The notes beneath the pieces are model-generated. The model was not told where the DNA came from. It searched no databases and saw only the letters and a list, made by a program, of their open reading frames with translations. Below are positions 1 through 6,979 of a DNA stretch of 8,039 bases, in pieces (position 1 is the first letter of the stretch; every line of letters starts with the position of its first letter). Both the position numbers and the translations under genes were made by a program. The stretch lies in the IMG/VR virus record IMGVR_UViG_2695420763_000015; one strand, 5' to 3'. The stretch is from a virus (taxonomy: Duplodnaviria > Heunggongvirae > Uroviricota > Caudoviricetes).

Positions 1-738
1 CTAATCGGGAGTGCTTTTAGGGTACGGCTGAACCCTGAATAGCTTGGTATTTAGCCGCTTCCTTGCTCGCTTGTTCAGGAACCTGATGTAGCGATACTGA
101 TTAAATTTGTGCACCACGGCACGCTCTTTATTAGCCCGTAAATACACGCCTCGTTGTCCACCGCGTTTAATCGCGTTCATCGTTATCTCGTGATACCACT
201 CACCATCCAGCTCGTAGAATGTGCTTTCATGGCTGCCAATAAAATCAAAATTCGACGCCTGATACACAACGCCAGCACGTCCGCAGCGTTCGTCTGCAAA
301 AGACTGAACCCACTCCACTGACGGATACAGTAATCTGATAACTTTCAGCGCGTAGCTGATGGCCCGTGATTCAGAGTTGCGGGGCATGTCGTCGTGTAGC
401 CACATGCGATTCAACTCCATATAGCCCCGGTTATCCGTTTCAAGCACGACACGACGACCTGAGTTGGGGTTAAGGGCATATCCCCACTGGAGAACGCCAA
501 CCAGATCGCGTCCGCTGAATACTCCCAGGTGGAGGTAAGAGTTATTCACAAAACGGCGGGAATAGTGCTTTGTCTGAATAATTGTGCGGGCCAGCCAGCA
601 GGATATGGTTTCAACGCGCAGCTCCTTTGAACCATAGCCAACAATCTGGCCTTCATACTCAATAACGCACGGTTTCGTCAGAATGCGTGATTTTTTCTCT
701 TTTCCCACAATGTTTCTCCGTGGGATGCTCGCAGGCAT
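1..738 (-). CDS. mom: DNA modification protein Mom (adenine-modifying anti-restriction function of Mu-like phages); longest ORF shown, true start may lie downstream within the com overlap
   Basis: 245-aa minus-strand ORF ending at a TAG at the window edge, lying immediately downstream of and overlapping a 62-aa Cys4 zinc-finger ORF, downstream of a Gin invertase gene. Gene order gin-com-mom and the overlapping com/mom arrangement match phage Mu. Product assigned from recalled Mu organisation, not a search. Confidence 0.8.
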   Translation of the reverse strand: MPASIPRRNIVGKEKKSRILTKPCVIEYEGQIVGYGSKELRVETISCWLARTIIQTKHYSRRFVNNSYLHLGVFSGRDLVGVLQWGYALNPNSGRRVVLETDNRGYMELNRMWLHDDMPRNSESRAISYALKVIRLLYPSVEWVQSFADERCGRAGVVYQASNFDFIGSHESTFYELDGEWYHEITMNAIKRGGQRGVYLRANKERAVVHKFNQYRYIRFLNKRARKRLNTKLFRVQPYPKSTPD

Positions 739-847
739 TCAGCATTATGATGTGACGTTTGCAACGCGGACACCTGATTTCAATGTGATCAAAGGAATCC
801 GCCTTAAATAACAGTTTGTTGCAGTTTTTACAGCGAATTGATTTCAT
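659..847 (-). CDS. com: Com, small zinc-finger translational activator of mom
   Basis: 62-aa ORF with two CxxC pairs ([13 protein letters not shown]...[10 protein letters not shown]). Strong Shine-Dalgarno (AGGAGGTG) immediately upstream of the ATG on the minus strand. Its 3' end overlaps the mom ORF by about 80 nt, as in Mu. Confidence 0.88.
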   Translation of the reverse strand: MKSIRCKNCNKLLFKADSFDHIEIRCPRCKRHIIMLNACEHPTEKHCGKREKITHSDETVRY

Positions 848-869
848 CTCACCTCCTTTGCATCAATTC

Positions 870-925
870 GCCACTATCTTAAAAAACATCATGGGTTGAG
901 TGTGGTTATTGGGGCATAATCGATC
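870..925 (-). promoter_or_regulatory. Candidate mom operon promoter region (Pmom-like): weak -10 (TAAGAT) preceded by a T6 tract on the transcribed orientation
   Basis: Minus strand reads ...CCCATGATG TTTTTT AAGATAGTGGCGAATTGATGCAAAGGAGGTGAG ATG(com). An A6/T6 run at about 881..886 abuts a TAAGAT hexamer about 30 nt upstream of the com start. Mu Pmom is known to have a T-tract spacer and to need the C activator. Exact -35/-10 assignment is inference. Confidence 0.45.
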
Positions 926-960
926 TGTATTACCGATCAATTTGATTGATTCGATCGTCG
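920..960. promoter_or_regulatory. Cluster of three GATC (Dam) sites upstream of the mom promoter, overlapping the 3' end of gin; candidate Dam/OxyR-responsive region
   Basis: Three GATC tetramers at about 923..926, 936..939 and 954..957 within 35 bp. In Mu, mom transcription depends on Dam methylation of three clustered GATC sites upstream of Pmom, which otherwise bind OxyR. Position relative to gin/com matches. Confidence 0.55.
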
Positions 961-1523
961 TTTTCTATATGCGTTCGTTTCGCGGGGTGTTTTTTATACA
1001 GCGTTGACAGGGCCACATCATAGATCAATGCAACTTGCTTGCGGGGGATTCCTTGTGCTAATAAACGCCCGGCCTGCTCCCATTCCGCTTTAGTTAGTTT
1101 AGGTGGTCGCCCACCAATACGGCCTTTATTTCTGGCGGCAGCAAGTCCAGCCATCGTTCGCTCGATGATTAGTTCTCGTTCCATTTCAGCCAGGGCACCC
1201 ATAATGTGGAAAAAAAAACGCCCCATTGGGGATGACGTATCAATACTGTCAGTAAGGCTGCGAAAATTAATCCCTCGCTCCCGTAGTTCTCCGACGAGAG
1301 AAATCAGATGTTTCATGCTTCGCCCGAGGCGATCCAGTTTCCAGACAACCAGTGTGTCACCTTTTTGAAGACGCTTTAAAGCGCGTTTTAATCCAGGTCT
1401 GTCTGTCCTTGTTCCGCTTAATTTATCTTCAAATATTTGTTCACATCCTGCACAAACAAGAGCATTTCGTTGCAGGTCTGTATTCTGTTCATTTGTTGAT
1501 ACCCTTACATAGCCAATCAGCAC
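930..1523 (-). CDS. gin: Gin DNA invertase (serine recombinase, Hin/Gin/Cin/Pin family)
   Basis: 197-aa ORF with the N-terminal serine-recombinase catalytic motif (GYVRVST, catalytic Ser), the GRFFFH..GALAEMERELI block and a C-terminal helix-turn-helix typical of Hin/Gin invertases. By my reading it starts with GTG, preceded by a GGGAG Shine-Dalgarno. It lies next to a gix site. Confidence 0.95.
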   Translation of the reverse strand: MLIGYVRVSTNEQNTDLQRNALVCAGCEQIFEDKLSGTRTDRPGLKRALKRLQKGDTLVVWKLDRLGRSMKHLISLVGELRERGINFRSLTDSIDTSSPMGRFFFHIMGALAEMERELIIERTMAGLAAARNKGRIGGRPPKLTKAEWEQAGRLLAQGIPRKQVALIYDVALSTLYKKHPAKRTHIENDDRINQIDR

Positions 1524-1577
1524 TCTGGATCTCCCGTTTAAAAGCGCAAATCATGCCATGCAGGCCGGAAACAGCCA

Positions 1578-1603
1578 TTATCTAAAACCTCGGTTTACAG
1601 GAA
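1578..1603 (+). other. gix recombination site 1 (gin-proximal): 12-bp imperfect inverted half-sites around a 2-bp core (TTATCTAAAACC TC GGTTTACAGGAA)
   Basis: Matches the two other copies (3362..3387 and 6458..6483) except for one C>T change in the outer half-site. Homology to the other copies begins exactly at this site; sequence to its left (toward gin) is unique. The gin -10-like element (GATAAT on the minus strand) overlaps this site. Confidence 0.8.
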
Positions 1604-2635
1604 ACGGTAAACAGGGCTGGTAACGCCGTTCAGCGTTCCGGCGATAAAATGACCGGAGAACTGAAAATTGGCACGATGAATGCGCTGCGAATTTTCAATG
1701 ATGCCTTCGGTCTTATTTTCCGTCGTTCAGAAGATTTTCTTCATTTCATTCCGACGGCTGAAGGACAAGGCGAAAATGGTGATATCGGCCCATTAAGGCC
1801 ATTCGCTATAAATCTGAGAACAGGTGCTATATCTGTCAGCCACGGGGCCAAAATTGATGGTGGGCTGGCGCTTGGTACAGATAACGCACTGGGCGGTAAT
1901 TCCATTACTCTCGGAGATAACGACACTGGTATTAAACAGGGCGGCGACGGTGTCCTTTTATTCTATTCAAATGGACAACTGGCATTTGGGCTTCAACCCG
2001 CATCTGCTGATTTTTATAAGCGGGTTGCATATATTCATCAGGGAATAATTCCTGATGGAAGTGGCGCATTTGCAGACCAGTTAAATAATGCCACCGCGCC
2101 TTTTGTTCAGACGCAGTTTGCCTGGAATCCCACTCCTGGTGGTCATTACGTGCCGATAGTTAAGGGCTTGTCCATTCGCAATGGACAGGGCTATCCCGGC
2201 GCGGTCAGCTTTGGTTATTTGCTGACTGAACAGCAGGGATTCCCGGTACCATGTATTCATGTGTGTGGCGATAACGGCAATGGAGCCTTATGGCAGTTTA
2301 ACCCGAACGACAAATCATTTTTTTCGCCAGGTCCGGTAATTGCCGGTGGAGCGACTTTGGCATCGAATGGTGACATTAATGGTACTGCATGGGGAGGATG
2401 GTTGTCATCTTACCTCAGACAAATCGGCGTGCACGATGTTCGACTTGGTTCACAGCAATATTATGGTGTGAACAACTGGCAAACATGGAATTTCCAGTGC
2501 CCGTCAGGTCATGTATTGTCTGGTATTAATGTTCAGGATACAGGGTCCAACTCTGCCGATAATATAGCGGGCGTTTATTACAGACCCGTTCAAAAGTATA
2601 TAAATGGCACCTGGTATAATGTAGCGAGCGTTTAA
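1586..2635 (+). CDS. Tail fiber variable C-terminal cassette (Sv-type), extra copy lacking the constant N-terminal part; silent in this arrangement (first ATG at 1649)
   Basis: The open frame continues from inside gix1 (after an in-frame TAA at about 1583..1585) to 2635. The predicted protein is identical to the C-terminal 328+ residues of the full-length S ORF at 5426..6979. There is no start codon or constant region upstream. Confidence 0.6.
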   Translation, partial: NLGLQETVNRAGNAVQRSGDKMTGELKIGTMNALRIFNDAFGLIFRRSEDFLHFIPTAEGQGENGDIGPLRPFAINLRTGAISVSHGAKIDGGLALGTDNALGGNSITLGDNDTGIKQGGDGVLLFYSNGQLAFGLQPASADFYKRVAYIHQGIIPDGSGAFADQLNNATAPFVQTQFAWNPTPGGHYVPIVKGLSIRNGQGYPGAVSFGYLLTEQQGFPVPCIHVCGDNGNGALWQFNPNDKSFFSPGPVIAGGATLASNGDINGTAWGGWLSSYLRQIGVHDVRLGSQQYYGVNNWQTWNFQCPSGHVLSGINVQDTGSNSADNIAGVYYRPVQKYINGTWYNVASV

Positions 2636-2636
2636 T

Positions 2637-2663
2637 ATGATGCACTTAAAGAACATAAAAGCG
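2637..2663 (+). pseudogene. 5' fragment of tail fiber assembly gene U (first 9 codons, MMHLKNIKA), truncated by a rearrangement junction
   Basis: Identical to the start of the U ORF (4897..5424, minus strand). After 27 nt the sequence switches to the 3' end of gene 48, and the frame terminates two codons later (..ACA GGC TGA). Confidence 0.7.
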
Positions 2664-2664
2664 A

Positions 2665-2865
2665 CAGGCTGACGGATTCCACAGAAGGCCAGTGGGTTAC
2701 GCAGGTCAATATTTACGGTATTAAAAATTATCGCAACGCAACGGTGCTGGATAATGTTCTGACGCCGTTACGTGTTTATGAATCGGGTGCGCTGGAATGT
2801 TTACTGGAGAAATATAAACCCGCGCATCAGATTTATAAATTTGTTTACCATGACGGAGATAACTA
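2665..2865 (+). pseudogene. 3' fragment (last ~66 codons) of the gp48-like baseplate gene, duplication remnant with no start codon
   Basis: Inverted copy of about 6980..7180, the C-terminal coding part of the ORF at 6979..7521. It contains no in-frame Met and supplies the native upstream context (GGAG Shine-Dalgarno, TAATG overlap) for the downstream S-type ORF. Confidence 0.75.
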
Positions 2866-4332
2866 ATGTTTTATATTGATAACGACAGCGGCGTAACCGT
2901 CATGCCGCCCGTATCCGCCCAGCGTAGTGCTATCGTTCGCTGGTTTTCAGAAGGTAACGGGAATAATGTTATCACATGGCCCGGCATGGACTGGTTTAAT
3001 ATTGTGCAGGCGGAGTTATTAAACACGCTGGAAGAAGCCGGTATTCAACCGGATAAAACAAAATTAAACCAGCTTGCACTGTCCATTAAAGCCATTATGA
3101 GCAATAACGCGCTGCTGATAAAAAATAACCTCAGCGAAATTAAAACTGCCGGGGCATCAGCACAGCGTACAGCACGTGAAAATCTGGATATCTATGATGC
3201 CAGCCTGAACAAAAAAGGACTCGTTCAGCTAACCAGTGCCACTGACAGCCCCAGTGAAACGCTGGCAGCCACCGCAAAAGCGGTGAAAATTGCGATGGAT
3301 AATGCTAATGCCCGTCTGGCAAAAGACCGGAACGGAGCAGATATTCCCAATAAGCCGCTGTTTATCCAAAACCTCGGTTTACAGGAAACGGTAAATCAGG
3401 CTTCTGGCGCATTACAGAAAAACCAGAACGGTGCAGATATTCCGAATAAAGATAAATTCGTACAAAACACAGGGGCCTGTCGTGCATTTAGCGGTCAGAC
3501 TGATATCGATGGTTCACAAGGTGAATGGTCGACAGTTGCATTTATCTCGTGGCTGGAGAATAACGGAGCTTTCCGACATCCATACTGGATGTGTAAAGGG
3601 TCATGGTCCTATGCCAGAAACAGGGTTATTACGGATACCGGTTGTGGAAATATCTGCCTTGCCGGAGCCGTGATTGAGGTTATGGGAACCCGCGGCGCAA
3701 TGACCATACGCGTTACCACGCCGGGTACGTCCAGTGGTGGCGGAATTACTAACGCTCAATTCACTTATATTAATCATGGTGATGCTTATGCTCCTGGCTG
3801 GCGACGAGACTACAACACGAAAAACCAGCAGCCTGCATTTGCTTTAGGGCAAACAGGAAGCACTGTCGGAAATGATAAAGCTGTTGGCTGGAACTGGAAT
3901 AGCGGGGTCTATGAGGCAAATATTGGTGGCGCATCGACATTAATCCTCCATTTCAATATGAATGTGGGGAGCTGCCCTGCTGTACAGTTCCGCGTGAATT
4001 ACAGAAATGGCGGTATCTTTTATCGTTCAGCGCGTGATGATTATGGCTTTGAAGCTGACTGGTCAGAGTTTTACACCACAACCCGCAAACCTTCTGCGGG
4101 AGACGTTGGTGCATATACGCGGGCAGAATGTAACTCAATGTTTATTACAGGTATTCGCCTTGGCGGTCTGTTATCTGTTCAGACATGGAATGGTCCCGGC
4201 TGGTCTGACAGGTCAGGTTATGTCGTTACGGGTTCAGTTAACGAAAACCGTGATGAATTAATTGATATAACTCAGGCAAGGCCAATTCAGTATTGCATTA
4301 ATGGAACGTGGTATAACGCGGGGAGTATTTAA
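2866..4332 (+). CDS. S': Tail fiber protein, second full-length copy: constant N-terminal region (identical to S) fused through gix2 to the alternative variable C-terminal domain (S'v-type)
   Basis: 488-aa ORF. The first ~172 aa are identical to the S ORF at 5426..6979 up to the gix-encoded ..[14 protein letters not shown], then diverge. The C-terminus ends in a conserved INGTWYN motif shared with the other variable domain. Native Shine-Dalgarno upstream. Which cassette corresponds to canonical Mu Sv versus S'v cannot be decided from memory. Confidence 0.85.
   Translation: MFYIDNDSGVTVMPPVSAQRSAIVRWFSEGNGNNVITWPGMDWFNIVQAELLNTLEEAGIQPDKTKLNQLALSIKAIMSNNALLIKNNLSEIKTAGASAQRTARENLDIYDASLNKKGLVQLTSATDSPSETLAATAKAVKIAMDNANARLAKDRNGADIPNKPLFIQNLGLQETVNQASGALQKNQNGADIPNKDKFVQNTGACRAFSGQTDIDGSQGEWSTVAFISWLENNGAFRHPYWMCKGSWSYARNRVITDTGCGNICLAGAVIEVMGTRGAMTIRVTTPGTSSGGGITNAQFTYINHGDAYAPGWRRDYNTKNQQPAFALGQTGSTVGNDKAVGWNWNSGVYEANIGGASTLILHFNMNVGSCPAVQFRVNYRNGGIFYRSARDDYGFEADWSEFYTTTRKPSAGDVGAYTRAECNSMFITGIRLGGLLSVQTWNGPGWSDRSGYVVTGSVNENRDELIDITQARPIQYCINGTWYNAGSI
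3362..3387 (+). other. gix recombination site 2 (TTATCCAAAACC TC GGTTTACAGGAA), embedded in-frame in the + strand tail fiber ORF
   Basis: Same orientation as gix1 and inverted relative to gix3. Sequence to the left is identical to the constant region of S; sequence to the right diverges after ..ACGGTAAA into the S'v cassette. Confidence 0.85.
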
Positions 4333-4334
4333 TT

Positions 4335-4868
4335 ATGATGCACTTAAAAAATATTACTGCTGGCAATCCTAAAACAAAAGAGCAATACCAGCTAACGAAA
4401 CAATTTAACATCAAATGGCTTTATACAGAGGATGGGAAAAACTGGTATGAGGAACAAAAGAACTTTCAGCCTGATACGTTGAAAATGGTCTATGATCACA
4501 ACGGCGTTATTATTTGTATTGAAAAGGATGTTTCAGCAATTAATCCGGAAGGCGCAAGCGTTGTTGAATTACCTGATATTACAGCAAATCGCCGGGCTGA
4601 TATTTCGGGGAAATGGATGTTCAAAGATGGCGCAGTGATAAAGCGAGAATATACCGAAGAAGAACAGAAGCAACAGGCAGAAAATGAAAAGCAAAACCTG
4701 TTACAACTTGTCAGGGATAAAACCCAGCTATGGGACTCACAGCTACGGCTGGGCATCATTTCCGACGAGAATAAACAAAAATTAACAGAGTGGATGCTCT
4801 ACGCGCAGAAAGTCGAATCTACAGACACCTCCAGCCTGCCAGTAACATTTCCCGAACAACCTGAATGA
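4335..4868 (+). CDS. U': Tail fiber assembly protein (U'-type), partner of the S'v cassette
   Basis: 177-aa ORF immediately downstream of the S'v-containing ORF (stop/start spaced 2 nt). It is about 60-70% identical over the N-terminal two-thirds to the convergent U ORF ([36 protein letters not shown]), as expected for U/U' paralogues of Mu/P1-type G/C segments. Confidence 0.9.
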   Translation: MMHLKNITAGNPKTKEQYQLTKQFNIKWLYTEDGKNWYEEQKNFQPDTLKMVYDHNGVIICIEKDVSAINPEGASVVELPDITANRRADISGKWMFKDGAVIKREYTEEEQKQQAENEKQNLLQLVRDKTQLWDSQLRLGIISDENKQKLTEWMLYAQKVESTDTSSLPVTFPEQPE

Positions 4869-4871
4869 GAC

Positions 4872-4900
4872 AAGGCCCGATAGCGGGCCTTAATTTTTAT
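4872..4900. terminator. Hairpin between the convergent U' and U stop codons; candidate bidirectional/intrinsic terminator
   Basis: Perfect 8-bp GC-rich stem (AAGGCCCG / CGGGCCTT) with a 4-nt loop, followed on the + strand by AATTTTTAT. It sits in the 28-bp gap between the two stop codons. Confidence 0.5.
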
Positions 4901-5424
4901 TCAGGCTTTTGTGGCCATTCAGGATTTGCCGTATCCACACGGCTGACCAGAACACTGTAGCGTTCCCATGCTTCCAGTCGTGTGCGTTCCTCGTCTGTTG
5001 CCATATTCAGCCTGACAGCGCGTTCCAGCGGCTGGATGACTGATTCAGCTTCGGAAAGCAATGCGGCCTTTTGTGATTCGGCTTGTTGTTGCTGTTCGTC
5101 TGCCGTATAAACCCGTTTAACCACAGCTCCATCCTTAAACATCCACTTTCCTGAATCATCAGCGCGGCGGTTGGCTGTAATATCTGGAACCTCAACGACG
5201 CTAAAACCTTCAGGGTTAAGCGTGGAGGCATCTTTGGTGATAGCGACAATAATATTATTTTCATCGTAAACAATCTTTATTGTGTCTGGTTGAAAGTTTT
5301 TCACTTCCTCATACCAGTTTTTTTCGTCCTCAGAGTAAAGCCAGATGACTCCGTGTTTCTTTGTTAACTCATACTGTTCCAGTGTTTTAGCGTTAACCGC
5401 TTTTATGTTCTTTAAGTGCATCAT
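4897..5424 (-). CDS. U: Tail fiber assembly protein (U-type), in the currently expressed orientation downstream of S
   Basis: 175-aa ORF starting 2 nt after the S stop on the minus strand; paralogue of the U'-type ORF at 4335..4868. Confidence 0.9.
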   Translation of the reverse strand: MMHLKNIKAVNAKTLEQYELTKKHGVIWLYSEDEKNWYEEVKNFQPDTIKIVYDENNIIVAITKDASTLNPEGFSVVEVPDITANRRADDSGKWMFKDGAVVKRVYTADEQQQQAESQKAALLSEAESVIQPLERAVRLNMATDEERTRLEAWERYSVLVSRVDTANPEWPQKPE

Positions 5425-5425
5425 A

Positions 5426-6979
5426 TTAAACGCTCGCTACATTATACCAGGTGCCATTTATATACTTTTGAACGGGTCTGTAATAAACGCCCGCTATATT
5501 ATCGGCAGAGTTGGACCCTGTATCCTGAACATTAATACCAGACAATACATGACCTGACGGGCACTGGAAATTCCATGTTTGCCAGTTGTTCACACCATAA
5601 TATTGCTGTGAACCAAGTCGAACATCGTGCACGCCGATTTGTCTGAGGTAAGATGACAACCATCCTCCCCATGCAGTACCATTAATGTCACCATTCGATG
5701 CCAAAGTCGCTCCACCGGCAATTACCGGACCTGGCGAAAAAAATGATTTGTCGTTCGGGTTAAACTGCCATAAGGCTCCATTGCCGTTATCGCCACACAC
5801 ATGAATACATGGTACCGGGAATCCCTGCTGTTCAGTCAGCAAATAACCAAAGCTGACCGCGCCGGGATAGCCCTGTCCATTGCGAATGGACAAGCCCTTA
5901 ACTATCGGCACGTAATGACCACCAGGAGTGGGATTCCAGGCAAACTGCGTCTGAACAAAAGGCGCGGTGGCATTATTTAACTGGTCTGCAAATGCGCCAC
6001 TTCCATCAGGAATTATTCCCTGATGAATATATGCAACCCGCTTATAAAAATCAGCAGATGCGGGTTGAAGCCCAAATGCCAGTTGTCCATTTGAATAGAA
6101 TAAAAGGACACCGTCGCCGCCCTGTTTAATACCAGTGTCGTTATCTCCGAGAGTAATGGAATTACCGCCCAGTGCGTTATCTGTACCAAGCGCCAGCCCA
6201 CCATCAATTTTGGCCCCGTGGCTGACAGATATAGCACCTGTTCTCAGATTTATAGCGAATGGCCTTAATGGGCCGATATCACCATTTTCGCCTTGTCCTT
6301 CAGCCGTCGGAATGAAATGAAGAAAATCTTCTGAACGACGGAAAATAAGACCGAAGGCATCATTGAAAATTCGCAGCGCATTCATCGTGCCAATTTTCAG
6401 TTCTCCGGTCATTTTATCGCCGGAACGCTGAACGGCGTTACCAGCCCTGTTTACCGTTTCCTGTAAACCGAGGTTTTGGATAAACAGCGGCTTATTGGGA
6501 ATATCTGCTCCGTTCCGGTCTTTTGCCAGACGGGCATTAGCATTATCCATCGCAATTTTCACCGCTTTTGCGGTGGCTGCCAGCGTTTCACTGGGGCTGT
6601 CAGTGGCACTGGTTAGCTGAACGAGTCCTTTTTTGTTCAGGCTGGCATCATAGATATCCAGATTTTCACGTGCTGTACGCTGTGCTGATGCCCCGGCAGT
6701 TTTAATTTCGCTGAGGTTATTTTTTATCAGCAGCGCGTTATTGCTCATAATGGCTTTAATGGACAGTGCAAGCTGGTTTAATTTTGTTTTATCCGGTTGA
6801 ATACCGGCTTCTTCCAGCGTGTTTAATAACTCCGCCTGCACAATATTAAACCAGTCCATGCCGGGCCATGTGATAACATTATTCCCGTTACCTTCTGAAA
6901 ACCAGCGAACGATAGCACTACGCTGGGCGGATACGGGCGGCATGACGGTTACGCCGCTGTCGTTATCAATATAAAACAT
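5426..6979 (-). CDS. S: Tail fiber protein S (constant N-terminus + gix-encoded linker + Sv variable C-terminus), in the position expressed from the upstream late tail operon
   Basis: 517-aa ORF whose start overlaps the stop of the upstream gp48-like gene (TAATG). It contains gix3 in-frame at about codons 166-174. The C-terminal 328 aa are identical to the cassette at 1649..2635. Confidence 0.9.
   Translation of the reverse strand: MFYIDNDSGVTVMPPVSAQRSAIVRWFSEGNGNNVITWPGMDWFNIVQAELLNTLEEAGIQPDKTKLNQLALSIKAIMSNNALLIKNNLSEIKTAGASAQRTARENLDIYDASLNKKGLVQLTSATDSPSETLAATAKAVKIAMDNANARLAKDRNGADIPNKPLFIQNLGLQETVNRAGNAVQRSGDKMTGELKIGTMNALRIFNDAFGLIFRRSEDFLHFIPTAEGQGENGDIGPLRPFAINLRTGAISVSHGAKIDGGLALGTDNALGGNSITLGDNDTGIKQGGDGVLLFYSNGQLAFGLQPASADFYKRVAYIHQGIIPDGSGAFADQLNNATAPFVQTQFAWNPTPGGHYVPIVKGLSIRNGQGYPGAVSFGYLLTEQQGFPVPCIHVCGDNGNGALWQFNPNDKSFFSPGPVIAGGATLASNGDINGTAWGGWLSSYLRQIGVHDVRLGSQQYYGVNNWQTWNFQCPSGHVLSGINVQDTGSNSADNIAGVYYRPVQKYINGTWYNVASV
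6458..6483 (-). other. gix recombination site 3 (inverted relative to gix1 and gix2), inside the S gene at the constant/variable boundary
   Basis: Reverse complement reads TTATCCAAAACC TC GGTTTACAGGAA, identical to gix2. It forms the left/right boundary pair of a canonical ~3.1 kb G-type invertible segment with gix2. Confidence 0.85.

Larger units (their letters stand above)
1578..2663 (+). repeat. About 1.09-kb inverted duplicate of 5398..6483 (gix + Sv cassette + first 27 nt of U)
   Basis: Coordinates map as x <-> 8061-x. Encoded protein segments are identical. The only nucleotide difference I found is the C/T in the outer gix half-site. Confidence 0.8.
2665..3395 (+). repeat. About 0.73-kb inverted duplicate of 6450..7180 (3' end of gene 48 + constant part of S + gix)
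   Basis: Coordinates map as x <-> 9845-x. Encoded protein segments are identical. Together with the previous repeat this is a circularly permuted copy of the contiguous region 5398..7180. Confidence 0.8.

Noticed and set aside
1039-1585. Two + strand ORFs (109 aa and 77 aa) antisense to gin
   Set aside because: They lie entirely within the well-supported gin gene on the opposite strand, have no Shine-Dalgarno or recognisable domain, and are the kind of ORF expected by chance antisense to a coding region.
1741-2048. Short ORFs (61 aa, 74 aa) inside the Sv cassette, and their mirror copies at 6013..6320
   Set aside because: They are embedded in or antisense to tail fiber coding sequence and are duplicated only because the host sequence is duplicated. 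There is no independent coding evidence.
1578-3395. Insertion sequence or transposon accounting for the duplicated block
   Set aside because: No transposase ORF, terminal inverted repeats or target-site duplication. The block consists only of phage tail-gene sequence and is bounded by gix sites and one illegitimate junction.
3431-4261. Embedded ORFs of 80, 61 and 84 aa within the S' ORF
   Set aside because: Out-of-frame or antisense within a long, well-supported tail fiber ORF; no start context or domain features.
4496-5557. Antisense and overlapping ORFs of 87, 88 and 70 aa in the U'/U region
   Set aside because: They overlap the U and U' assembly-protein genes on the opposite strand or out of frame, and are most likely spurious.
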